DNA from: an uncultured bacterium
Lineage (GTDB): Bacteria > Hydrogenedentota > Hydrogenedentia > Hydrogenedentales > JAEUWI01
Length of the DNA: 10,542 bases
Assembly: GCA_963977445.1 (NCBI GenBank)
Contig: CAXBPH010000244.1
Location: 1-10,542 of the forward strand
Direction of reading: 5' to 3'
Within the stretch, counting starts at the first letter, position 1. Every line of letters starts with the position of its first letter. A model generated the notes under the pieces. The model made no database searches, was not told the DNA's origin, and saw only the letters and a list, made by a program, of their open reading frames with translations. The position numbers and the translations under genes were made by a program. This document shows positions 1-7,662 of the stretch, piece by piece.

Positions 1-33
1 AGGCGAAGGCGAAGGCGAAGGCGAAGGCGAAGG
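1..33 (+). repeat. Perfect hexamer tandem repeat (AGGCGA)x5.5 encoding a Gly-Glu linker; continues beyond the left edge
   Basis: aggcga x5 + agg at 1-33, read as GGC GAA (Gly-Glu) in frame +2, in frame with the downstream DM13 domain. Confidence 0.95.
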
Positions 34-721
34 ATGCGGCACCGACAATTCCCATGTCGGTGAGGAAGCCGTATTAATTACCAATGCCCACAACGTTTCG
101 GGCACGGCCCACATCGTCGACAACTGCACCATCGAAATCAGGAATTTCACCTACGACGGCGGTGGCATCAATGTGCGGGTCTACGGATTCGCCGAAAAGC
201 CCTTTACGAACGGCGTTAACCTGTCTCCCGATGATATTCGGCGGGACGGTGGGTACAACAACGAAACCCTGACGGTATCTGTGCCAGACACGGTCGATTT
301 GGATGCTATCCGCTATATCAGCATCTGGTGCGTGCCCGTCTCGGCAAGTTTCGGTGACGGACGCTTCGTTGCCCCCGGACAGGCCCTGGACGTGGCTGCA
401 CAGGCAACGGTCCTACTCGGTGCGTTTGCGAACTTGGATTTGGACAACAACGGAACATTGAGTTTTCTGGAGGCGTCCGCCGGACTTTCGGTCTTCGCCA
501 ACGCGGACTTCACTACCCTGGACCAAAACAGCGATGGTGAAATAACGGAGCAGGAACTCAATGCCGTAATCAACGAGGCGACCGGCAATACAGGGTGCGC
601 TCTGCTCTCCAAGAACTCCATGCTTTCCGGCATCTTAGGCAGCGTCGCCGATTTATTCCTGCTGGGCTTCACCCTGCTCGTGCTCGGGGCTTATGGTGCA
701 CTTGGAAGACAGACGTCGTGA
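2..721 (+). CDS. 5'-truncated surface/secreted protein: (GE)n linker + DM13 domain + EF-hand pair + C-terminal Gly-Cys/transmembrane tail
   Basis: Frame +2 is open from base 2 to TGA at 719-721 (239 codons), so the ORF-track start at 173 is an internal Val. It translates GEGEGEGEGEGCGTDNSHVGEEAVLITNAHNVSGTAHIVDNCTIEIRNFTYDGGGINVRVY...ETLTVSVPDTVDLDAIRYISIWCVPVSASFGDGRF. HxVSG, NFxYDG, ISIWC and FG are DM13 hallmarks (~59-367). Two 12-residue EF-hand-type loops follow: DLDNNGTLSFLE (437-472) and DQNSDGEITEQE (521-556). The protein ends in hydrophobic DLFLLGFTLLVLGAYGAL followed by R. Confidence 0.85.
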   Translation, partial: GEGEGEGEGEGCGTDNSHVGEEAVLITNAHNVSGTAHIVDNCTIEIRNFTYDGGGINVRVYGFAEKPFTNGVNLSPDDIRRDGGYNNETLTVSVPDTVDLDAIRYISIWCVPVSASFGDGRFVAPGQALDVAAQATVLLGAFANLDLDNNGTLSFLEASAGLSVFANADFTTLDQNSDGEITEQELNAVINEATGNTGCALLSKNSMLSGILGSVADLFLLGFTLLVLGAYGALGRQTS

Positions 722-730
722 GTTTCTCGA

Positions 731-2290
731 CTACTTCACCCCAATCGTGGCCGCCCACTCCTGAAAACTCTCTGTCATGCGACCAACGCGCTCTGGATAC
801 TCGGTAGCGCGGTCGCGAAGTTCTGTCCTGTCCTCCCGGAGATTATACAATTCCCAGGAGCCTCCTTTTCGCGCAACCAGTTTCCAATCGCCATCGCGTA
901 CTGCGCGATTGTCCATATGTTCCCAGAAAATTGGCCCATACTCCGCACGCTCCGTGTCCCGAAACAACCTGTCAAGACTTTTTCCCTGCTGCGGCAGGAT
1001 GGGCTCATCGTTCACCCTCGTGGGATAGGTCGCCCCCGACAACGCGACACAGGTTGCCATAATATCCACCACATGGGCGGGACCGTGACGTAATGCGCCG
1101 CCCTCTTTAATGCCGGCAGGCCAGCGAGCCACCAGGGGTGTTGAGATACCCCCCTCATGGACCCAGTGCTTAAACATGCGGAAGGGGGTATTGCTGGCGT
1201 TGGCCCAGGATTGACCATAGCTCATGTAGCTGTCTACCTGGCCCGGCGGCACCCCATTGTTACGCCGGTCAAACCCCAGCGCGCCTCCTTCGTGACAGCC
1301 TCCATTGTCCGACAAGAACATGACCAGAGTATTGTCGCTTCTTCCACCTGCGTCGAGGGCAGCCAGGATGCGCCCGATACCCTGATCCATCACGTCAATC
1401 TGAGCCGCGTAGACCGCCATCTTCCGGTCCATGAGGGCCTTATCCTTTACGGAGTCCCAATCCGCCGCACCGTCATCCCGGAGAGAAAGTTTCCATGCGG
1501 GGTCGAGCAGACCCATTTTCACCATGCGGGCAAATCGCTCTTCCCGAAGTGCGTCCCACCCGTCCATGTATTTCCCCAGATAGCGCTGAACGACTTCCTC
1601 TGGGGCGTGTAGGGGCCAATGGGGTGCCGTATAGGCTACATAGAGAAAGAAAGGCTGCTCTTTGGCCGACGCAGCTTCAATATATTCGACCGAACGGTCC
1701 GATATGGCGTCTGTAAGATACCAATCCTCCTTGGGCGGCGTGTAGGCCTCCCCGTCGATGGCGAAACGCCGTGTCGTATCGTCGGACTTTCCTTTCTCCA
1801 TGTCATAGTAATTCATTGCCCCACTCAATAGGCCGTAGTAGCGGTCAAAACCCCGGTCCACGGGCCAATGGGGCCGCTCTTCACCCACGTGCCACTTCCC
1901 GGCCATATAGGTTCCGTAGCCTGCCCCTTTAAGTACCTCGGCAATGGTTACACAGTGGTCGTTCAGATACCCTTGGTAAGGGCCCTTAGGATTAATGTCC
2001 CCCTTGCCATTAACCATGCCGCCCATGCCGGCCTGATGGGGATAGAGACCCGTGAGTAACGAGGCCCGGGTGGGACAGCACCGGGACGTATTGTAAAATT
2101 GGGTAAAACGCAGCCCTTCGGACGCCAGCTTGTCGATGTTTGGTGTATTTATCTCACTACCAAAGCACCCGATGTCGGAGTAGCCCATGTCGTCCGCCAT
2201 AATGAGGACGATATTGGGCCGCTCGGCCGCCTGCACGACGGTCGCAAGTACCATGAGGGTCGCGGTAACCCAAAGCTTACAACAAGGCAT
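731..2290 (-). CDS. Secreted arylsulfatase (formylglycine-dependent, Cys-type sulfatase family S1)
   Basis: 519-aa ORF with signal peptide ending VQA-A. Motifs: RPNIVLIMADDMG, CCPTRASLLTG (CxPxR, 2066-2080), GKWH, YTAPHWPL, SDNG, HEGGISTP, WELYNL. RBS AAAGGAG lies just upstream of the ATG on the minus strand. Confidence 0.95.
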   Translation of the reverse strand: MPCCKLWVTATLMVLATVVQAAERPNIVLIMADDMGYSDIGCFGSEINTPNIDKLASEGLRFTQFYNTSRCCPTRASLLTGLYPHQAGMGGMVNGKGDINPKGPYQGYLNDHCVTIAEVLKGAGYGTYMAGKWHVGEERPHWPVDRGFDRYYGLLSGAMNYYDMEKGKSDDTTRRFAIDGEAYTPPKEDWYLTDAISDRSVEYIEAASAKEQPFFLYVAYTAPHWPLHAPEEVVQRYLGKYMDGWDALREERFARMVKMGLLDPAWKLSLRDDGAADWDSVKDKALMDRKMAVYAAQIDVMDQGIGRILAALDAGGRSDNTLVMFLSDNGGCHEGGALGFDRRNNGVPPGQVDSYMSYGQSWANASNTPFRMFKHWVHEGGISTPLVARWPAGIKEGGALRHGPAHVVDIMATCVALSGATYPTRVNDEPILPQQGKSLDRLFRDTERAEYGPIFWEHMDNRAVRDGDWKLVARKGGSWELYNLREDRTELRDRATEYPERVGRMTESFQEWAATIGVK

Positions 2291-2346
2291 GGTGCTATGC
2301 TCCTTTCAATTCCGTGGACTTGGTGAACGATGAGACGGCGTTGCGT

Positions 2347-3903
2347 TCAATTTGCCCAATCGGGCTTGGGAAAATAACGATGCTTACTGTATCGGGGATA
2401 GGTCTCGAAAATATCGCCCGCCCCCATTACGCGGGGATCACCCGACTCTTTCAGATACGCCGTCATCTCGTTCGCCAGTGCCGCCTTCACATCGGCATAC
2501 GCCGGGTCATCGGCTAAGTTCTTCATACAGCCAGGATCATCGGCAATTTTAAACAGCTCTTCTGCCGGCCGGTGATCAACCGCTGCGTGGAAGAAGGGAC
2601 CAATTTCTCCGTCCTCACGATGGGTAACCAGAAAGTCCAGACTTGGACACCCGTCAATGTCGTGATACGCGCCGTGCATGGGGCCGAGCACGGTCAGGTC
2701 ATTTGGAGCTTCCGTCGTGCCATACTTTTGCGGCGCCCCGGCAGGCCAGCGTTCGGGATGGAAGTTCCGTACGTAGAGGTAGTCTCGGGTACGGAGGCCT
2801 CGCTGTGGGTAGCCCAACGTCTTGTAGCGCGACGAGGAATGACGTTCCCGGGCGCTATAGACCGCGGCCCGCTTGGGTTCAACAATCCCCGATCCGTCAC
2901 CCGTCAGCATGGACAACAGGCTGGTCCCCGTCATGGGCGGGGCAGCGTATTTCTCACCCGGATGCTTCACACCCGTCGCTTCCAGGAAGGTGGGTGCCAG
3001 GTCGATAAGGCTCACCAGGTCCTCCACCGTACGCCCACCGCTCACCTTGTCACCCCAACGAATCGCCAGGGGCATGTGGACGCCAAATTCATACATATTG
3101 GCTTTGGCCCTGGGGAAGGACATGCCATTGTCTGAGGTCACCACGATGATGGTGTTATCGAGTTCCCCCGCTTCCTCCAAGAGGGCAATCATCTTCGCCA
3201 ATTGCTGGTCAAACCACTCGATTTCGTAACAATAATCCAAAATGTCGCTGCGAATTTCCGGGGAGTCTGGCAAAAAGGGCGGCACCACCACGTCAGCCAG
3301 TTTCTTACCATGCTCCAGGCCGATACCCTCCTTAAAGGCCCGATGGGGCTCGTGTCCCCCATACCAGAAGGCAAAAGGCTGTCCCGGCTCGCGGGCGGCC
3401 ATAAAATCAGCGAAGTTCTCCGCATAGTCCTTGTCGTGTATCCCCTCCTCCGTCTTCATCCGCTTTTCGTTCCACTCATCCCCAGCGGGATTCCGTTCGC
3501 GGCCAGAAATGCGCCAATCTCCCGGACCCCAGCCCTTGCCGGTAAATCCGACGCTATATCCCGCTGCCTCCAGGAGATCGGGATAGACAATAAACTTTTG
3601 TGAGAAGGAACTGGCGTGGGTGCCCGCATGTTCTAACTGCCAACAATAGCGCCCCGTGAGGAGTGCCGCCCGCGAGGGGCTGCATCCGGGTGATGCCGAT
3701 ATTGCGTGGGTAAAGTAAACCCCCTCATTGGCGATACGATCGAATGCCGGAGTTTCGATGGCCGGATAACCCGCCTTAGACGTGTGAAAATAGGATTGGT
3801 CATCCGAGATTGCCAGAAGTATGTTAGGACGTTCCGCCGCCGCGAAGGACACGGTGTAGAAGACGATCGCGCAGAGTCCAAGAATTGATTTCGTTCGTAT
3901 CAT
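2347..3903 (-). CDS. Secreted sulfatase, sulfamidase / heparan N-sulfatase (SGSH)-like (Cys-type, family S1)
   Basis: 518-aa ORF with signal peptide ending SFA-A. Motifs: RPNILLAISDDQ, PGCSPSRAALLTG (CxPxR, 3670-3684), GKGWGPG, HEPHR, TSDNGMSFPRAKANMYEFG, RERH, RPAEELF, GDPR. The SDNG-x-x-FPRAK and RERH patterns resemble SGSH-like bacterial sulfatases, so the subfamily call is less certain than the family call. RBS GGGAGAG lies upstream of the ATG. Confidence 0.93.
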   Translation of the reverse strand: MIRTKSILGLCAIVFYTVSFAAAERPNILLAISDDQSYFHTSKAGYPAIETPAFDRIANEGVYFTHAISASPGCSPSRAALLTGRYCWQLEHAGTHASSFSQKFIVYPDLLEAAGYSVGFTGKGWGPGDWRISGRERNPAGDEWNEKRMKTEEGIHDKDYAENFADFMAAREPGQPFAFWYGGHEPHRAFKEGIGLEHGKKLADVVVPPFLPDSPEIRSDILDYCYEIEWFDQQLAKMIALLEEAGELDNTIIVVTSDNGMSFPRAKANMYEFGVHMPLAIRWGDKVSGGRTVEDLVSLIDLAPTFLEATGVKHPGEKYAAPPMTGTSLLSMLTGDGSGIVEPKRAAVYSARERHSSSRYKTLGYPQRGLRTRDYLYVRNFHPERWPAGAPQKYGTTEAPNDLTVLGPMHGAYHDIDGCPSLDFLVTHREDGEIGPFFHAAVDHRPAEELFKIADDPGCMKNLADDPAYADVKAALANEMTAYLKESGDPRVMGAGDIFETYPRYSKHRYFPKPDWAN

Positions 3904-4177
3904 TTGTCTCTCCCGATTGTGCCTCGCACCACGCCAGCCCTACCACATCACGATACTCTACCGGAGCCCCGACCATGGAATCCATTGCCCCTTAGAAGAG
4001 GTAGACGCCCAACAGCACAAGTACCGAAAGACAAACGATTGAAGCTAAAATGTCAGCTATGCCGTTGGAAACTCGCTGTCTTCGAGCTCTGTCACGAATT
4101 CGGTTGCCTTCGCCCATCGCCAGACGATACCGTAAAGGTTCTTGACACATTTCATTAGTGACCAGAGGGAAATTCAC
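3904..4177. promoter_or_regulatory. Divergent intergenic region expected to carry promoters for the sulfatase pair and the hydrolase run
   Basis: Non-coding gap between head-to-head starts at 3903(-) and ~4178(+), with an RBS-like sequence at each end (GGGAGAG on minus; AGAGGGA just before 4178 on plus). I could not confidently place -10/-35 boxes. Confidence 0.55.
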
Positions 4178-6367
4178 TTGCACGCCAATTCGTTCACCAG
4201 AAACCCTTCCAACGACCTTATATCGTCGTTGTCGGCCATATTCATTCTGGCTTCCATGTTGTTTGCGACGAATTTGGCCGCTGCGAAATTCGCTGCCAAC
4301 GCCCAATTGCCTCCATTGCTTCAATTCAACGATGGCACCCCGGTAAACAACAAATCACAATGGCCGAAACGCCAAGAGGAAATCCGGGCATTAATGATAG
4401 ACACCTTCACGGGAACATTCCCGGAAGCGGTGCCTGCGATCCTATCGTCCGAAATCCTTGAAACCCAAACACCCGATGATGGTTCGACCCGTCATCGCAT
4501 TCGATTGACCTTTGACACGAAGAACCACGCCGCCTTCGAAATGTGGCTATGGCTGCCATCGGGCAATGGCCCCTTTCCGCTCCTGATGACAGCGCCCCGC
4601 TACTATCAGGTCGACTGGGCGGAGGATGCCCTGGCGCGGGGCTACATGGTGTGTCTCTACCCAGGCGTGGACAAGGACCACGGGGAGAAAAATTTCCCGG
4701 GATACGAATCGGTCTGGGAAAATTTTCGCGCTGCATATCCCGAGGCCACGTGGACGGAAATTTCCTGTAAGGGCTGGCTGGCGAGCCGTGCGCTGGATTA
4801 CATTCTTGATCCCGGGCAGTCCTATCCCGTTGCCCACGATCAAGTCGGCATCATCGGCCACTCCCGCTATGGAAAACAATCCATGATAGCCGCCGCCTTC
4901 GACGAGCGTATCACCGCGGTGGTGGCCCGTAGTCCGGGTTCTCCCGCCTCTTGCCCATACCGTTTTACATCCCGTCATACTTTCATGGAAACGGTTCGCG
5001 ATTATCCAGGCTCGTGGTTTCTCGGAAGCCTCAAGGAGTACTACGGGCGGGAAGATGAACTACCCATGGATGCCCACGGCTGGTATGCGCTCATCGCGCC
5101 ACGGCCACTCATGATACACACGGCCCACCAGGATGGCTGTGAACCCACCTGGGCCGTGGAACAGGGATATCTCGAAGGAAGGCAGGTCTATTCCCTACTG
5201 GGCGCGCCGGAGAAATGCCGGGTTATCTACCGAAGTGGCTCCCATGATCCAATCACGCCAGCGCATCGTAGTAAGAACATGGACTGGTTTGACCTGGCTT
5301 TCGGGCGGGGCAACGGAAGCAGCGACGACTTCCCCGAGGTCTTTCTCCACCAGCTGGACTGGGACGGGTGGAAGCAGGCACAGACGCCCGAAGGATTAAC
5401 GACACCCGAATCAAACGACGACCCGCGCGATAGAATCAACTGGCTCCTGGGCGATGTTCCGACGACGCTTACTTCCGATGGCAAGTCAAATTTCATCAGC
5501 CCGGAAGATTCCAAACGCATGGACCACGACCGTTGGGCGGCAAAGGACACAGCGCGTATACCCGTCAATTTTGGTGACGGGGTTCATGGTAACTTCTACT
5601 ACAATCCTACGCGTACTGAACCCGCGCCGGTAGTCATATGGCTTCATCCCTTTTCCTATTCCACGGGCTACAACGAAGGCTACGGCGTTGAGGGAACCAC
5701 CATCTATCACCGGCTGGCCCAGGAAGGCTATGCCGTCTTGGCCTTCGACCAGGTGGGCTTCGGACTCCGCTTGTTGGAAGGCACCGAATTCTACGACAAC
5801 TTTCCCCAATGGTCCCGTCTGGGCCGTATGGTTCACGATGTGCGATCCGCAGTCGGCTTCGTAATCGACGGCAAGGGAGACGCGGCATCACCACTACCGA
5901 AATTGGATACAAAAAACGTCTTTCTCGTTGGCTATTCCATGGGCGGCATGCTTGGCCTGCACGCTGCCGCCTTGGATGAACGTATTTCGGGCGTTGCGTC
6001 TTTCTCTGGGTTCACCCCCTTCCGATACGATACCGATGAACGGAAGACCGGCGGTATACGTCGACTCTGGAAAGACCACGCACTACTACCGAAACTTGGT
6101 CTCTATCAGGGAGACGAAAAGGACATCCCCTACGACTACGAGGACCTCCTGGGCTTGATCGCACCCCGTCCCTGCCTGGTCGTCTCGCCACAGGACGATC
6201 GCACCGCCAACCTGACCGCTGTTTCCGAGTCGGTGGCCCGTGCACGTGTCCACCTCGGGGACAACAGTGAAAATCTGATTCACGAAACGCCGGACGACAT
6301 CAATCGCTTTCAGCGGGACCAACAAGACCGCGTGCTTCGTTGGCTGTCGGAAAACCAAAAACATTAG
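4178..6367 (+). CDS. Secreted tandem alpha/beta-hydrolase: N-terminal CE15 glucuronoyl-esterase-like domain + C-terminal acetyl-xylan-esterase/dienelactone-hydrolase-like domain
   Basis: Long ORF (track 4142..6367). The preferred start is TTG 4178, ~7 nt after AGAGGGA, followed by a hydrophobic signal (LSAIFILASMLFATNLAAA). Domain 1: PPLLQFNDGxPV..W..RxEEI, SRALDY, GHSRYGK (4856-4876, CE15-type nucleophile elbow), AFDERI, LIAPRP, SGSH. Domain 2: VIWLHP, GYAVLAFDQVGFGLR, GYSMGG (5930-5947), ALDERI, LIAPRP. The start position is uncertain. Confidence 0.88.
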   Translation: MHANSFTRNPSNDLISSLSAIFILASMLFATNLAAAKFAANAQLPPLLQFNDGTPVNNKSQWPKRQEEIRALMIDTFTGTFPEAVPAILSSEILETQTPDDGSTRHRIRLTFDTKNHAAFEMWLWLPSGNGPFPLLMTAPRYYQVDWAEDALARGYMVCLYPGVDKDHGEKNFPGYESVWENFRAAYPEATWTEISCKGWLASRALDYILDPGQSYPVAHDQVGIIGHSRYGKQSMIAAAFDERITAVVARSPGSPASCPYRFTSRHTFMETVRDYPGSWFLGSLKEYYGREDELPMDAHGWYALIAPRPLMIHTAHQDGCEPTWAVEQGYLEGRQVYSLLGAPEKCRVIYRSGSHDPITPAHRSKNMDWFDLAFGRGNGSSDDFPEVFLHQLDWDGWKQAQTPEGLTTPESNDDPRDRINWLLGDVPTTLTSDGKSNFISPEDSKRMDHDRWAAKDTARIPVNFGDGVHGNFYYNPTRTEPAPVVIWLHPFSYSTGYNEGYGVEGTTIYHRLAQEGYAVLAFDQVGFGLRLLEGTEFYDNFPQWSRLGRMVHDVRSAVGFVIDGKGDAASPLPKLDTKNVFLVGYSMGGMLGLHAAALDERISGVASFSGFTPFRYDTDERKTGGIRRLWKDHALLPKLGLYQGDEKDIPYDYEDLLGLIAPRPCLVVSPQDDRTANLTAVSESVARARVHLGDNSENLIHETPDDINRFQRDQQDRVLRWLSENQKH

Positions 6368-6380
6368 AGAAAGAGGGTTC

Positions 6381-7613
6381 ATGAGCCTTTATCGTCGCCA
6401 GTTTTTAAAATACAGCGCTGCCACCCTTGTCGCCACCACCATGACCAACGCCGTTTCGGCACCCGACAACGCCGGTCAAAAGCGCTTCTTCTTTACGTCT
6501 CAGGGAAAAACCGGGATGATGAACGCCGACGGGACGGGACTCCGCTACCTGGAATTCGACGTGCCGAACCAGGCCACCTGGCAACCCGGAGGCTTTTTCC
6601 CCGATGGCCATCGGGTCATCATGCTGAGCATGGAGCCCCGCCTCGACGGCCCTGGAAAACCCTTCGAAGAGTATTACCACAAGACACCAACCCACATCTG
6701 GATTCACGACCTCGACACGGGCTCCCTGGAAGAAATTGCGACCAAAGAACGGCTGGCCCCATTCCAGACGCCCCAACTCCTCCTCGCCGACGGGCGCATG
6801 CTTATTCAGGTCATTCGGGACAAAGTCGCCCAGACCTTCAGTATCAATCTCGACGGCAGCGATCCCCAACCCTTCACCCAACCCGGCGAAGGCATGCCCT
6901 ACGGTCTCAGCCTGAGCCCCGATGGCAAACGCGTGGCCTATCACCTGGCCGGCCCGCGGGGCTACGAGATTCAAACCGCCGATGTGGATGGCAGCAACAG
7001 AGCCTTGGTCGCCCAACGTGACGGCCATCTCTATTTCGGGCCCAACTGGTCGCCCGACGGTGAATGGCTCATATTCCAGGATTGCATCTCTGGCGACGAG
7101 CCCGGCCACGACTGGGCCGACCTCGTGCTGAGTCGTCCCGTTGGCAGTGACCAGCGCCTCTTGACCGAGGGTGCCCCACTCTGGTTCGCGGCCACCTATG
7201 GCATGCCGGGCAATCGTAGTGGTGGATCCAATGTACCCATCTGGTCGAAGGATGGGACCATTCTCTTTAGTCGACGACTGCCCGACTCGAAGGTGCCTTG
7301 GGAATTCCAACAGGATCGGCCAGACGTGGACCACTTCAACCGAGACTTCAAGCCGGAGGCAGCACAAGGCGGCACGGAAATCTGTCGCATAGATCCGAAG
7401 ACCGGCTCGGTGACTCGGATTACCCATTCCGAGCCGCCCGTGTGGGATTTTAGAAACGCCGAGTCCACCGACGGAATGAGCATACTTTTCTGCCGCGCGG
7501 ATACCGGCGGCTCTCCTGGACTCTGGATCTGCGATGCCGATGGTGCGAACGCCCGTCTGCTCACCCGGGGGGTAGACGACCTTGGTGCCGATCATCCCCG
7601 CTGGATTCCATAA
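6381..7613 (+). CDS. Tat-exported TolB-like (PD40/WD40-like) beta-propeller protein
   Basis: 410-aa ORF with RBS GAGGG at 6373-6377 and twin-arginine signal MSLYRRQFLK...AVSA. Repeated blade motifs: NADGT, NLDGSD, DVDGSN, DADGAN, and SPDGKRVAY, PNWSPDGEWLIF, PIWSKDG. It lacks a TolB N-terminal domain and tol-pal neighbours, so I do not call it tolB. Confidence 0.85.
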   Translation: MSLYRRQFLKYSAATLVATTMTNAVSAPDNAGQKRFFFTSQGKTGMMNADGTGLRYLEFDVPNQATWQPGGFFPDGHRVIMLSMEPRLDGPGKPFEEYYHKTPTHIWIHDLDTGSLEEIATKERLAPFQTPQLLLADGRMLIQVIRDKVAQTFSINLDGSDPQPFTQPGEGMPYGLSLSPDGKRVAYHLAGPRGYEIQTADVDGSNRALVAQRDGHLYFGPNWSPDGEWLIFQDCISGDEPGHDWADLVLSRPVGSDQRLLTEGAPLWFAATYGMPGNRSGGSNVPIWSKDGTILFSRRLPDSKVPWEFQQDRPDVDHFNRDFKPEAAQGGTEICRIDPKTGSVTRITHSEPPVWDFRNAESTDGMSILFCRADTGGSPGLWICDADGANARLLTRGVDDLGADHPRWIP

Positions 7614-7662
7614 CGCCCTCATCCTACTGCCTTCACTACATGCTCAGGGAGATAAAGAACCG

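Noticed and set aside
1..33. Possible CRISPR or non-coding satellite
   Set aside because: It has a 6-nt period with no spacers and reads in frame as a Gly-Glu linker.
2270..2290. Cys-Cys near the N-terminus of sulfatase 1 as a lipoprotein lipobox
   Set aside because: The cysteines (residues 3-4) precede the hydrophobic region rather than follow it. The signal ends in a VQA-A type I cleavage site.
4010..4066. Superficial resemblance to a c-di-GMP-I riboswitch (CGAAAG ... CTAA ... ATGTCAGCTATGCCG)
   Set aside because: The bases flanking GAAA do not form the required stem, and the GGCAAA and GACGCAAAGC elements are not present in order. An Rfam/Infernal search would settle it.
4142..4147. Perfect TTGACA -35 hexamer, also the ORF track's TTG start
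   Set aside because: There is no TATAAT-like -10 at 16-18 nt spacing (that position is the RBS). As a start codon it lacks an RBS, unlike TTG 4178.
3904..4324. Short ORFs 3904..4158(+) and 3992..4324(-) in the divergent region
   Set aside because: They have no recognisable motifs or convincing RBS, and they overlap the RBS or start of real genes.
6405..7622. 405-aa minus-strand ORF overlapping the TolB-like gene
   Set aside because: It is an antisense shadow of a GC-rich gene with no recognisable motifs. The plus-strand ORF has an RBS, a Tat signal and propeller repeats.
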